Origin: Candidatus Latescibacterota bacterium
GTDB taxonomy: Bacteria; Latescibacterota; UBA2968
DNA length: 64,000 bases
NCBI GenBank assembly: GCA_965207885.1
Contig: OZ242311.1
Span: 4,832,001 to 4,896,000, forward strand
Direction: 5' to 3'
The notes under the pieces were generated by a model. It was not told where the DNA came from and made no database searches. It saw only the letters and a list, made by a program, of their open reading frames with translations. A program made the translations under genes and the position numbers. Shown piece after piece: positions 9,239 through 19,600 of the stretch (position 1 is its first letter; each line of letters starts with the position of its first letter).

Positions 9239-10879
9239 TCAATAGTTTATCTTATAGGGCCATGTAATCAGCGTCTCCAGCGCCTGGTAACTCATTCGAC
9301 GGCGCAGTTTGCTGAGTGCTTGATTCTTGATTTGGCGGATGCGCTCGCGTGTGAGATTCATCATGGCACCGATTTCCTGGAGCGTTAGGGGGCCGTTGTC
9401 ATTAAGGCCAAAATAGAGCCTGATAACGCGCGATTCGTGCTCTTTGAGAAGCCCCAGGGCTTGCATCAGCGCTGATTTGCGCAAGATGTCGGCGTCAAGA
9501 GGAGTTGTCGTGTTATCGGTCAGGGTGTCAAGCAGGCTGTGATTGTCGTCAGAGAGGGATTCGTCGAGAGAGTACACGTCGAAGTCGCTGAGGATAGTCT
9601 CTTGGATCTTCTTGACTGGAACTTCAAGCTCGGTGGCGATTTCTTCCAGGTCCTCTTCAGCCGGAACTTCAAGTTCGGCGGCGATTTCTCCTATATCAGG
9701 CTCACTAACCCAGTCTTGGCCCAGTTTGCGCGAGGCTTTGGAAATTTCCCTGAGCAAGCCGACCTTGTTGTGGGGGAGACGCACGATACGCGCCTGCTCG
9801 GCGAGCGTTTGGTGAATAGATTGGCGAATCCACCAGACCGCATAGGTAATAAATTTGTTGCCCCTCGTCCCATCGAAGCGGTCAGCCGCCGTAATCAGTC
9901 CGAGATTGCCAGCGCTAATCAAGTCAGAGAGGGGCAGACCGAGGTTCTGGTATCTCTTGGCCTCGTTAATGACAAAGCGCAAATTCGCCTGGATCATTTC
10001 ATCGCGGGCGCGCATGTCGCCACTTTTGATGCGGTCAGCCAGTTCTACTTCGCGCTCCCTCGAAAGCGGTGTGGACTCAGCAATGTCGTCGAAGTAAAGT
10101 CGCAGATTGTTCGTCTCTCCTTCTGGGATTTTTTTTTCGGACACCGCCTGTTCAAACCAGGAGAACATATATCGGTAGAATTGCCGGTTGCGCTCTGTGG
10201 CGTCCAGTTTGGCAAGCCAGGCAACCAGCAAGCCTTCGCAGTTGTGTGGCTTGGCATTGGAATTCATCCACACGGTACACTCGGGTAGTGATAGCTGGGA
10301 CAAGATGTCGATATCGGTACGCCGTGGATTCTCTAAAGAAATATCCTTGCTCAACGACGTGACGCGCTCCAGCACATCACGGCTATCATCAAGCTTATGC
10401 GGACGGCGACCAATAACCGCGACGGTCAAGCGTGCTCCAGCGCGGAAGAAGACCACGGTTGGCAAGATTATTCGCTTGCCGATCTCCCGCGTTAATTCGT
10501 CATATATCCCCCGGGCATAGTTGTTCTCCTTAAGTTCCACGGCGAAGAAGAGAACGCTTTTCTGCCGGCCCTCCTTACGGGAAGTACCCTCAAGCCCAGA
10601 CGTCTGCTGATTAGCTGAGAGGATTTCGTCATTTGTCATCTGAAAGACGATCAGTATGGATTGGACGTGCTTGCGGAATGTCTGTTCAGTGCTGGTGTTC
10701 TCATTTGGGGCGGGAAATTGCTGAATGAAATCCTCTGGATTGCCTGATTGGTCAGGCAAGATGCGCTCGCTCTGGTACCCGAGAACATTGAGAAGATCTC
10801 TGATTGCCGATAGAAAATTTTTGTTGGACACACCGACCAAAGTAGCTTGAATACGCTCTTTGAGGTCGCCATTGTTCAT
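9239..10879 (-). CDS. Fusion: RM-protein N-terminal-domain paralogue (~aa 1-250) + RpoD/RpoS-type sigma-70 factor (regions 1.2-4)
   Basis: Sigma motifs LRLYFDDI, ANLRFV, DLISAGNLGLI.AADRFD..RGNKFITYAVWWIRQSI, RIVRLP, SLDE, TLQEIG..MNLTRERIRQI...AL.KLR. The N-terminus aligns with 8454-9116 (VLGYQS, PEDFIQQFPAPNENT, AVELK...YARG, RRPHK, LAKLD...NRQFYR). Confidence 0.92.
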   Translation of the reverse strand: MNNGDLKERIQATLVGVSNKNFLSAIRDLLNVLGYQSERILPDQSGNPEDFIQQFPAPNENTSTEQTFRKHVQSILIVFQMTNDEILSANQQTSGLEGTSRKEGRQKSVLFFAVELKENNYARGIYDELTREIGKRIILPTVVFFRAGARLTVAVIGRRPHKLDDSRDVLERVTSLSKDISLENPRRTDIDILSQLSLPECTVWMNSNAKPHNCEGLLVAWLAKLDATERNRQFYRYMFSWFEQAVSEKKIPEGETNNLRLYFDDIAESTPLSREREVELADRIKSGDMRARDEMIQANLRFVINEAKRYQNLGLPLSDLISAGNLGLITAADRFDGTRGNKFITYAVWWIRQSIHQTLAEQARIVRLPHNKVGLLREISKASRKLGQDWVSEPDIGEIAAELEVPAEEDLEEIATELEVPVKKIQETILSDFDVYSLDESLSDDNHSLLDTLTDNTTTPLDADILRKSALMQALGLLKEHESRVIRLYFGLNDNGPLTLQEIGAMMNLTRERIRQIKNQALSKLRRRMSYQALETLITWPYKINY

Positions 10880-10936
10880 ATCAGTTCCTGTTCATTTCGG
10901 GGTTTAATCGGCAATCTATACTCACGCGGGCTGTGG

Positions 10937-11236
10937 TTAAGTTACGTGGCTCAGGGTTGAGGCAGGGCGGATGCCAGCGGTAAGCCGAGGCTTTTCGCTG
11001 GCCAGTTTGCGAAAGTTGCACTCGACCTGAAGTCCGTGCCAAAATTCGTCGGACTGGCCGAAGAAGGCACCAAAGCGAATTGACATAGCTGGCGTGATCG
11101 AACGCCGGGCGTGAACGATTTCGTTGATCGTCTGCGGCGCAACACCGATGGCGCGGGCCATGGCATTTTGCGAAATTCCCATTGGCTTGAGGTACTCTTC
11201 CAGGAGAATTTCACCGGGCGTGATGGGTGTTTTCAT
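10937..11236 (-). CDS. higA: HigA-family antitoxin (HTH)
   Basis: [20 protein letters not shown]...INEIV..RRSIT...FWHGLQ; probable start MKTPIT at 11236. Confidence 0.92.
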   Translation of the reverse strand: MKTPITPGEILLEEYLKPMGISQNAMARAIGVAPQTINEIVHARRSITPAMSIRFGAFFGQSDEFWHGLQVECNFRKLASEKPRLTAGIRPASTLSHVT

Positions 11237-11264
11237 GATTGCACCATATAATGTATAAGGGTTG

Positions 11265-11543
11265 TCAATGATAGTCAACGATAGCTACTTCCGCTGGTCC
11301 GGAATCCGTCCATCGAAAGACGATACGCCATTGGTCGTTGATCCGTATAGAGTGAAAGCCCGACAGATTGCCTCTGAGAGCTTGTAAACGATTGCCCGGA
11401 GGGACAGCGAGATCGCTGAGTGTGCGAGCCTGATTCATTTGTATCAATTTTCGCAATGCAACGCGAGATATAGCTGCAAAACGACGGTTATGTTCGGAGT
11501 AGAACAGTTCTTCAGTATCCCGGTTTGCGAAGGATTGAATCAT
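11265..11543 (-). CDS. higB: HigB (RelE/ParE-superfamily) toxin
   Basis: MIQSF...[14 protein letters not shown]...[17 protein letters not shown]...IVDYH; the start ATG overlaps the helicase TGA (ATGA). Confidence 0.92.
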   Translation of the reverse strand: MIQSFANRDTEELFYSEHNRRFAAISRVALRKLIQMNQARTLSDLAVPPGNRLQALRGNLSGFHSIRINDQWRIVFRWTDSGPAEVAIVDYH

Positions 11544-14500
11544 GGTGTGTGCATCCCCGAATCGAGGATGATTAACCACGTTACCAACTCAAAATCACCA
11601 GTAGAATTTTCAGATTTTACTGGCAATCTAAAATCGCTCTGACCGTGAATGCCCATTCCCTGGATCTGTGTTGAGGTGTTTGCCCTGTTGATGTGCTTCA
11701 TAACCTCGTCCAGCAATTGATCGTAGCGGACCATGTCCTTGCCGTTTTGGGTTTCGTGGTCAAACTGGTCACAGAGCTTTTGCAGTGGCTCGGTTTTGCC
11801 AATGGCTGCGGATTCAAATAATTCCAGCACTCGTCTGGCATTGGCACAACCGTAGCGAATGTCGCCGCTATCGCGGATATACACGGCGTAATAAGGATGA
11901 ATTGGGCTGGCTACTTTTTCGCGTTTATCCTCGCTGGCGTTGCGCTGGCGCAGGAAGAATATCACGCCCGGCCTTGTGGAATCGCTCCCACCGTCGGTCA
12001 GAGCATAGGCTCCATAGGGCGTTGCCTCCAGTTCTGCTTTGTTTTGTTCTAAATATCGCAACAATTGGGCAAAGAAGTAATCGAGGGTGAAATCGCTCAG
12101 GACGACGCCGTCGGATAACTCGTCAAAGTCCAGCACTTCTTCACGCAATTTTTTTAATTGTTCGTCGCGGAAGTTGAGTTCCATTTGCGCTTCTTCAAAG
12201 GCGTATTCGTTCAACGGGTCATCGTCACCGCTGGCCGCTGCGTCTGCCAGAGCCATGCGCGCTTCTACGCGGCTTTGCAGGCGTAAATAGGCGTCCATGT
12301 CTTTGGTGGGCCAGTAGTTGATCATTTGCACGGATCGGTTGCGGCTGCCAATGCGGTCAATGCGTCCAAAGCGCTGGATGATGCGTACGGGATTCCAGTG
12401 GATGTCGTAGTTGAGCACGGTGTCGCAGTCTTGCAAATTCTGCCCCTCCGAGATACAGTCGGTGGCAATGAGCAGATCAATTTCTCCGTCCACGCCGTTG
12501 CCGCGTTGGCGTGCGCGTGGGGCAAAGTTGGTCAAGATGGCGTTGAAGTTATTATCGCCAAAAGAGGTGTGTGTCGCGTCACCGGATACCATTGCCATGT
12601 TCAATCTGTGTTCTTTTGCCAATTCTGCCAGGTTTTCGTAAAGATATTCCGCTGTATCCTTAAAGGTGGTGAATACCAGCATCTTGCGGTTGATCTTGCT
12701 GTCCTGATCAGTCGTCGGATTTTGCGCCTTACCCTGAATGTGTTCCCGAATGGTTTTGAGCTTGTCATCTCGTGGCGGTGTGATGGCACGGACCTTTTCC
12801 CAGGCTGCTGTGAGGGTTTGCTTGTCTTTTAGTAAGTCTTTTTTCCAGCGAGGCAAATCCAATTCGCGCAGGTGGTAGGGAGTGCGCGCCCGATTGATCA
12901 GAAACTCCTCGTCATCTTCATCTTCGTCGGGCAGTATATCGGCCTGTGCATCCTGTATCGTGGGTTTCTGCTCGTAGCGATGTATCTTGTCTAATAGATC
13001 GTCGATTTTACCGATGGTACGCCAGAGTGTTTCCGTGAGCGCATGCGCGGAACTCTCCAGACGTTTGAGAAAGTTCGTCTGCATCATGCCAATGAGAAAG
13101 CGCTCGCGGTCTGCCTGATTGAACCGCAGTTGTTTTTTTTCATCCGCCAACCGTTTCTTTGCCTCTGCGCTGGTGACATAGCTGGATGGCTGGTAGATGG
13201 ATAGGGCGAATTGACCTATCTGATTGGCCAAATCCCGATAGGACAGTTCGCCTCTTATGTCGGTTTGTGGATAGACATTATCCGGTGCCTGTTGTGTGGG
13301 AAATCTGCCGATTCTGTCTATTTCCCGGGCGTAAAACGTCTTGATCTGTCGCCGCGAGCGGGCAATGGAGACGCCGCCCAGTAAATGAAAGAAATCAGGA
13401 CCCAGCTTATCTAACAATTCAGCCTTATCTCTTTTTGTAGTTGAATTATTCTCCCAGGCCTTAAACTCCTTTTGCGCCCGCCCCAGCAAGGTCCCGATAT
13501 GCCCAATGCCCAGGCTGTTGCGGAATACATCCTCGCGCTTTTCGGTCATTAAATAGATTTGATTGCGCAGGTCAATAAGCGAGGTGTTGACCGGTGTCGC
13601 CGAAAGCATCAGTACTTTGGTTTGGGTGCCTTCCTTGATCACCTCCTCCAACAGCCGCGAGTAGCGGCTATGGCGAATATTGCCGTCGTCGTCTCTGCGA
13701 GGTTTTGATTCATTGCGGAAGTTATGGGATTCATCGATAACCACCAGATCGAAATTGCGCCAGTTGAAATTTGCCAGATCGATAGTGCCTACTTCTCCGC
13801 TATTGCGGGACAAATCGGTGTGCGATAGCAGCGTGTAACCGAAGCGGTCATCGTCGAAAGGATTGCTGGTATGGGAGTTATACGCCGGATACAGTGCCCA
13901 ATTTTCGCGCAGCTTTTTCGGGCATAAGACCAGCACCCGCTCGTTTCGCAATTCAAAAAATTTGATCGCAGCTAATGCCGTGTAGGTTTTTCCCAGCCCT
14001 ACGCTGTCGGCTAAGATACAGCCATTGTGCCGCAACAGGCGGCCGATAACGCTTTTGGCTCCGTCTTTCTGGAAATCGTATAGCTTGTTCCAAATTTGGG
14101 TATCGTAGAGGTGTGTATCCTCCAGTTGGCTTTCGCCCCTTTGTCTATCTTCTATGTCTTCGCGGAACAATTCGTAGAGTGTTTTGTAATAGATAAACTC
14201 TGGCGCGTGGTCTTTACCGATTCGCGCCAGTGCGCGCAGTACATCCCTTTTCACATTTCTGGTCAAATCCTCGTCTGTCCACAGTTCGTCAAACCAGGCG
14301 CTGAGTTCGTCGCGTATTTCAGTGTCGCCAGTCGCCAGGTTGATTTCCACATTTGCACTCGTTCCACAGCCCAAACCGCTCCGGGTAAAGTTGGAACTGC
14401 CGACCACTGCTGCGCCGCCGTTTTCAGATTCGGTGAGATACATTTTGCCGTGCAAAAAATTGGATTTGCTAACAGATCGAATTTTGACCCTTCTGCTGCG

Positions 14501-14830
14501 TACCCATTTGGCGCATTGCTGTGCGAGATATTTTTGCTGTAATGCGTGATTGGGCGAGAGTTGACCTTCGATTAACTCAAAAGATTTTTCCGTTTTCTCG
14601 CTGGGATCTACTTCGCCAACCGATGCTGGGTCGCCAAAGAGAAAGCGCACATCCTTTACATTCTGCAATTCGTTTTGCAGGGCATCGTACCCGTAAATGG
14701 TAAAATACGCCGATACCAGCCGGAATATGTCCGCGGTGGGCAGATGTGCGCGTAGATAATCGACGACCGTATCGAGGCGATTGTCTAAGATATGTTTGTC
14801 TTTTTGCGTTTTGGTATCCTGCTGTGTCAT
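11540..14830 (-). CDS. SNF2-like superfamily 2 helicase with N-terminal phospholipase-D-like nuclease domain
   Basis: PLD-like LHGKMYLTE...GSSNFT; [36 protein letters not shown]. Confidence 0.92.
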   Translation of the reverse strand: MTQQDTKTQKDKHILDNRLDTVVDYLRAHLPTADIFRLVSAYFTIYGYDALQNELQNVKDVRFLFGDPASVGEVDPSEKTEKSFELIEGQLSPNHALQQKYLAQQCAKWVRSRRVKIRSVSKSNFLHGKMYLTESENGGAAVVGSSNFTRSGLGCGTSANVEINLATGDTEIRDELSAWFDELWTDEDLTRNVKRDVLRALARIGKDHAPEFIYYKTLYELFREDIEDRQRGESQLEDTHLYDTQIWNKLYDFQKDGAKSVIGRLLRHNGCILADSVGLGKTYTALAAIKFFELRNERVLVLCPKKLRENWALYPAYNSHTSNPFDDDRFGYTLLSHTDLSRNSGEVGTIDLANFNWRNFDLVVIDESHNFRNESKPRRDDDGNIRHSRYSRLLEEVIKEGTQTKVLMLSATPVNTSLIDLRNQIYLMTEKREDVFRNSLGIGHIGTLLGRAQKEFKAWENNSTTKRDKAELLDKLGPDFFHLLGGVSIARSRRQIKTFYAREIDRIGRFPTQQAPDNVYPQTDIRGELSYRDLANQIGQFALSIYQPSSYVTSAEAKKRLADEKKQLRFNQADRERFLIGMMQTNFLKRLESSAHALTETLWRTIGKIDDLLDKIHRYEQKPTIQDAQADILPDEDEDDEEFLINRARTPYHLRELDLPRWKKDLLKDKQTLTAAWEKVRAITPPRDDKLKTIREHIQGKAQNPTTDQDSKINRKMLVFTTFKDTAEYLYENLAELAKEHRLNMAMVSGDATHTSFGDNNFNAILTNFAPRARQRGNGVDGEIDLLIATDCISEGQNLQDCDTVLNYDIHWNPVRIIQRFGRIDRIGSRNRSVQMINYWPTKDMDAYLRLQSRVEARMALADAAASGDDDPLNEYAFEEAQMELNFRDEQLKKLREEVLDFDELSDGVVLSDFTLDYFFAQLLRYLEQNKAELEATPYGAYALTDGGSDSTRPGVIFFLRQRNASEDKREKVASPIHPYYAVYIRDSGDIRYGCANARRVLELFESAAIGKTEPLQKLCDQFDHETQNGKDMVRYDQLLDEVMKHINRANTSTQIQGMGIHGQSDFRLPVKSENSTGDFELVTWLIILDSGMHTP

Positions 14831-14849
14831 CCCGCTTCCTTTGTTTTTT
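14827..14849. repeat. 23-bp direct repeat, right copy; covers the last codons and stop of the TPR gene and the helicase ATG
   Basis: Identical to 1318-1340. Confidence 0.9.
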
Positions 14850-16662
14850 CAAGGGTCTGGATTTTTTGTCGGAGGTTTCGCAAGCGCTCGCGTGCTATGT
14901 CGGCTTCGAGGCTTGTGGGATAGTTGACGAGCAGGGTTTCGTAGATTTTTTGCGCGTCGTAATATTGGCCGAGGTATTTGTCGTAGATCGCGCCCTGTGC
15001 GATGTATGCGGCGGGGGAAAGTGGACTATGGGGTTGTGTGGCGATGAGTTTGCGATAGGTCTGAAGGGCTTGTGGGTAGCGTTTTTGGTCGGTGTAAATT
15101 TTGGCCTGATGGTCGAGCAAGCGATCCGCGAGAAAGGATTGCGGATGGGCGCGATGGAGGGTTTCAAATGCGTGCAATGCCCCGTTTTGATCTTTTTGGC
15201 GCAGTTTGAGGCAGGCACTGGCATACGCGCTGAGCAGGGTTGCGTCTGCGCGCTGGCCTTCTTGTAATAGCGCGGATAGGGCGATGGTGTCGTTTATGAT
15301 ATCGCGGTTGACATCTGTTTTGAGCACGGCGTCGAGCAGGGTTTGAGCCTGGTCAATCTGGCCCGATAGAAAATGCAATTCGGCGAGGCGAAAACGGGCT
15401 TCGGTCGCTTCGGAGGCGGTCGCTCTTTCGGCGATGATCTGGTGGTAGATGAGCCGCGTCTTATCTGTGTTGTCCGCCTGTAGATGTCCTTCGGCGAGGG
15501 CAAATAGCGCTTTGTATCGCCAGGTGCTGCGTCGATGGGTCTGGATCAGGTTTTGAAATGCCTGTTGGGCACCTCCGGCGTCGTTGTGGTGGTCGCGCAA
15601 GATGATGCCCACGAGAAAACGGGCTTCGTCGGCCTCTGCGCGGTTGGGGTGACGGGTGATGAGGTCGCTGTAGTGGTTTTGTGCCTCGGCGGGGCGGTTT
15701 GCAAGCTGATATGCTTTGCCCAGGCCCAATTGTGCACGCGCCAGATGGTCGGAACGGTCTGCGCGGTCACATATTGCCCGATAAGCGGCAATAGCGGTTG
15801 TGGGATTTTCATTGTCGAGGGCATAGTGCGCAATGCGGAACAGATAATTCCAGTTATTGTCTGTGGGCGCATTGGGCGAGAGCAAAAGGTCGAGTGTTTG
15901 CGCGACAAACCCAGCGGGCAGGGCGTATTCGATGAGCAGACTGAGATCGGTTTGGTCTTTGGGCGATGAGAGCAGGTCAAAGACCTCGGCATGCTGGTCG
16001 CCGTTTTGGGCCATATCGCGCAGGCGTGCTTCAACGTGTGCGCGGTATTGCGGGTTTTGCCGAATCCAGATTAGATATTCGCGCACGGCATCGGGATAAT
16101 GGGCGCGGCGTTCGGCGAGTTCGGCGAGTTCGCGGGCAAAATGCGTTGTGTTTTTGAGTGCGGTTCTCGCGCGGCGATAGGTCTGTTCGGCGCGTTTGTC
16201 GAGGTTGCGTTTGCGATAGCGGTCGGCAATGATGGCAAAGGGATGTGTGTTGGTCGCCTTCTGGAGCAGAGGTTCCCAGGATGCAGCTGCGGAATCTATT
16301 TGTCCCAGTTCAAAGAGGGCGATGCCCAGGCGAAGGCGTGCGTTGTTATCGTTTGGAACAGATGAGAGGCGTTGGCGAAATAGCACGGCGACTTCGTCAT
16401 GCCTGCCCGCCCGCGATAGTGCGGATTCGAGGCGCATGAGAAGGTCGGCGCGATGGGGATGCTGGATGTAAAGGCCGCGGTAGATGTAGATCGCGCTCGT
16501 GAAGTCCTTTTTTGCTTCAAGGGCTATTGCGCGCTGGATCGCGGCGTTGATCTGCTCGGTAGATGCAGTGGCAATCCCCGCGCATAAGAGGAGGAGTGCG
16601 ATATAGCAACTACCTCGCAAAAACCAAATTTTATTCGTCCGTTGTCTTTTTCGCATCTTCAA
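14827..16662 (-). CDS. Secreted tetratricopeptide-repeat protein
   Basis: Signal-like IALLLLCAGIATA; many TPR-like helical repeats; exact start uncertain. Confidence 0.85.
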   Translation of the reverse strand: MKMRKRQRTNKIWFLRGSCYIALLLLCAGIATASTEQINAAIQRAIALEAKKDFTSAIYIYRGLYIQHPHRADLLMRLESALSRAGRHDEVAVLFRQRLSSVPNDNNARLRLGIALFELGQIDSAAASWEPLLQKATNTHPFAIIADRYRKRNLDKRAEQTYRRARTALKNTTHFARELAELAERRAHYPDAVREYLIWIRQNPQYRAHVEARLRDMAQNGDQHAEVFDLLSSPKDQTDLSLLIEYALPAGFVAQTLDLLLSPNAPTDNNWNYLFRIAHYALDNENPTTAIAAYRAICDRADRSDHLARAQLGLGKAYQLANRPAEAQNHYSDLITRHPNRAEADEARFLVGIILRDHHNDAGGAQQAFQNLIQTHRRSTWRYKALFALAEGHLQADNTDKTRLIYHQIIAERATASEATEARFRLAELHFLSGQIDQAQTLLDAVLKTDVNRDIINDTIALSALLQEGQRADATLLSAYASACLKLRQKDQNGALHAFETLHRAHPQSFLADRLLDHQAKIYTDQKRYPQALQTYRKLIATQPHSPLSPAAYIAQGAIYDKYLGQYYDAQKIYETLLVNYPTSLEADIARERLRNLRQKIQTLEKTKEAG

Positions 16663-19600
16663 TCAGGTTTTCAAAATACCGCCGGATGAGGGCCTGGTAT
16701 TCGGGTGAATATCCCTCTTTGAGGGCGTCGCGCATCAGATGGCGCAGGGGGTTGTCGGCTTCTCCTAAGTCTGCGGGGAGCGTTCCCGGTCCGCGATAGG
16801 TCAAATTTACGCCCGTGCGCGCCTGTCGCTTTTTGCTCTTTCCGCGCGATCTCATCGCCTGTTGGGCATCGAGCATGCGGGAGAGGATCTGTCGCTGTCG
16901 CATGAGGGTTTGGGGTGCGACCTGGCGTTGGAGAAGTTCGCGTGCGGTTTCCTGCATGTCGCTGGCAATTTTGCCCAGGTCGCCGAGCATTTCGCGCTGT
17001 TGCCGCGCCAATTCGCCGCGCAGGGCATTGAGCGCGTCCCGGATGGCGCGCTGTTGGGCCGCGAGTTTTTGCCACGAGGGTTGGCCACCTTGCCCGGATT
17101 GCCCAAATAGATTTTCGGTTTGGGCGTTGAGTGATCCCTGTTGTTGGGCGAGTTGGGCCATTTTTGCCATCATTTCTTCAAAGCCCGTGCCCGATTCCGA
17201 AGAGGCGAGTTGTCCCAGTGCGTTCTGTACCATCATGGCTCCGCGATTGATTTCTCCCATGGCTTCGCGGGCGAGTTGGGCCGCCTGAGTGGCATTGCCC
17301 GCGTTGAGTTGTTCGGCAGCGCCATCCATTTTGTTTAAGGCCTGACCGAGGGCTGCCTGTGCGCTGGGGGGCATAAAGAAGGTTTTTTGCGAGGCGTCCA
17401 TCAGGCGTTGTGCCATGCGCGATGCCCCGGTTATCGCACGCGCCTGGTCCAGGGCGAGGGGAGCGGTGTCGTCGCGACTTCCAGCCTCATTGGCGCGCTG
17501 TGCCGTGCGTTCCTGCGCCTGGGATAAGGTGAGGAGATCGTGCAATACGCGGTTGAGTTCTCTGGCGATTTCTTCTTTTTGTCGCTGAATAAATTGTTGT
17601 CGGGCCTGTGCGAGGTTCTGGCTCAGGTTTTGTAAGTCCCGGGCGAGAGAATCGCTGTTTTGTCCCGCGCTTTGCCGTTGCCCCAGGGCAAGGTCCTGGC
17701 GCACTTGATCCATGCGAGGGGTGAGTTGTTTGTTTTGTATTGCGTTGGCGATTTGGTCGAGTTCGCCGTCAGTGGGGTTGTCCATTTTTTGCGATGCTTG
17801 TTGCAGTTCTGTGCGCAATTGTTCTGTGTCTCGGGCGATGCGTGTCTGGCGGCGGGCGAGGTCTTCGGTGGGTTCGCGTTCGATATTTTGCGTGATCTGA
17901 TCCTGGGCGTGGGCGAGTTCTTCGAGTTTTTGGTTGAGCGCGTCGAGGGTTTGTTGTTGTTGAACGCGCCGCAAAAGGGCGAGGGTGCGGTCGATGCTTT
18001 CGCGGAATTTTTCGCGCTCCATCTGAAATTGTTCAAGAGCCTCGCGCACCATGTTTGCATCGGCACTTTTGATGGCTTCGTCCAATTTTTTCATGACGGC
18101 CTCGAGTTCTGGCGTGCGAATTTGCGAAAGCAATGTTTGTAGTTCTTCGAGTTTTTGCAGGGTATCGTCTTCGAGTAATCCGCTTTCTTGCAGGCGGTCG
18201 AGTGCGCGTTCGAGTTGTTCGGCTGTGGATTCAATTTGTTCGGCGAGTTGTTCTTGTGTTTGGCGCACTTTTTCGAGTTCGCGTTTTTCCTGCCAATCGA
18301 GTTTGTCTTTGGAGAGCATATCGCGGGCGAGTTCTTTGAGGCGCGCGTCGAGTTCGCGCCCGCGTTGTTGCACGGTTTCGATCTCGTCAATGCTTTCGCG
18401 CTGTGTTTTGTCCGCTTCTCGATGGATTTCAAACAGGCTGGGCATGCGAATTGTAAAGGTGGCTGTTTCCCCATAAGAGGGTCTGGGGTTGTTGTCGTAA
18501 GCGCGGATTCTGTAGGTGATTTGATCGCCCGGTAGCAAGTCGAGGTTGGACAGGTCCCAGTGATAAGATGTCTCAATTTCGCGCCCGGGCGTTGTGATAA
18601 TTGGAAGGATGTGGTCTGTGTCGTCGTCTTTCTGGTATCTGAGTTGCAGGCGCGAGATGCCATAGTCGTCAAAGGCTTCGGCAACGAGGGAGACGCGCAT
18701 TGATTCTGTGAGGTCGATATCTTGTCCCGGTCGCAACAGGCGCACGTCGGGCGGTTGATCGGGCAGCGCGACAATGCGATATGTTACGGGGTCTTTGTTG
18801 GCGATCATATAGGGATCGCGCAAGTGTATGCGATAGCGCCCGTCTTTTTTCACTGTCAGGGTCGCCTGTGCAAGCGATGAAGATACTGAGGCGGGTAATT
18901 CGGTTGCGTCGTCAAATACGAGCGAGGCCGATTCGAGGGGTTTGTTGGCTTCAATGGTCAATGAAATTTCTGTGCCGATTGGTACAATTACGTCGCCGCC
19001 CTGTTGATCAATGCGGTCGGGCAGGGCTGTGTGCGGCGGAAATCGGTCGCGGTGCGAGATGCGCGTGACAATGGGGCGCGGGTGTACGGTTGCAGTGTAG
19101 GTGGAGGTTTGCGCGTCGTGGGCAGACAGGCGGTAGTCAAAAGATCGCGTGACATTGGGGAAGTGGTGAGATGTGCCCGTTTGTTTGACTGGTAAGACAA
19201 AAGATGCCCACGTTTGTACGCCTTTTTCGCGCACATACAGGCGCGCAGTGCGCGGAACAATGCCCGCAAATTGTGCGGTGAGCGTAAGTGGCTCCCCACC
19301 GATGATTTCGACATTGCCCGGTTTTAAAATTATGTACGTGTCTGGCGGGCGAGTGTATGGGGTTTGCGGGTTTGCGAGGCGTTGGGCTGCGCCGGATAAG
19401 GCCGTGGGCCATCCCGCGTGGAGCAAGAGCGCGACGAGGGCGAGCACGACAACTGCCGTGGCAGCGCGGATGGGTGGCTTGCGATTGATGAGTCTTTCAT
19501 AAGGAAGATGCTGTGTGGCGCGTTCTGCCTGGATGATTGCGGCATCGACGAGTGCGGTGGCGTGTTTTTCGCGGTCTCTTTGTCGCCACAATTGGAGTGC

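Larger units (their letters stand above)
1341..14826. mobile_element. Integrated defence-type genomic island, ~13.5 kb
   Basis: Flanked by the 23-bp direct repeat; contains a tyrosine recombinase, RM, TA and nuclease genes; left part visibly AT-richer than the flanks; interrupts an apparent host operon. Confidence 0.8.

Noticed and set aside
1341-14826. Prophage or conjugative element
   Set aside because: No structural, replication, relaxase or T4SS genes; no tRNA recognised at the boundaries or elsewhere in the window.
5376-14830. Assignment to DISARM or BREX
   Set aside because: No drmA, drmB (DUF1998), pglZ or brxC homologues recognised in the island.
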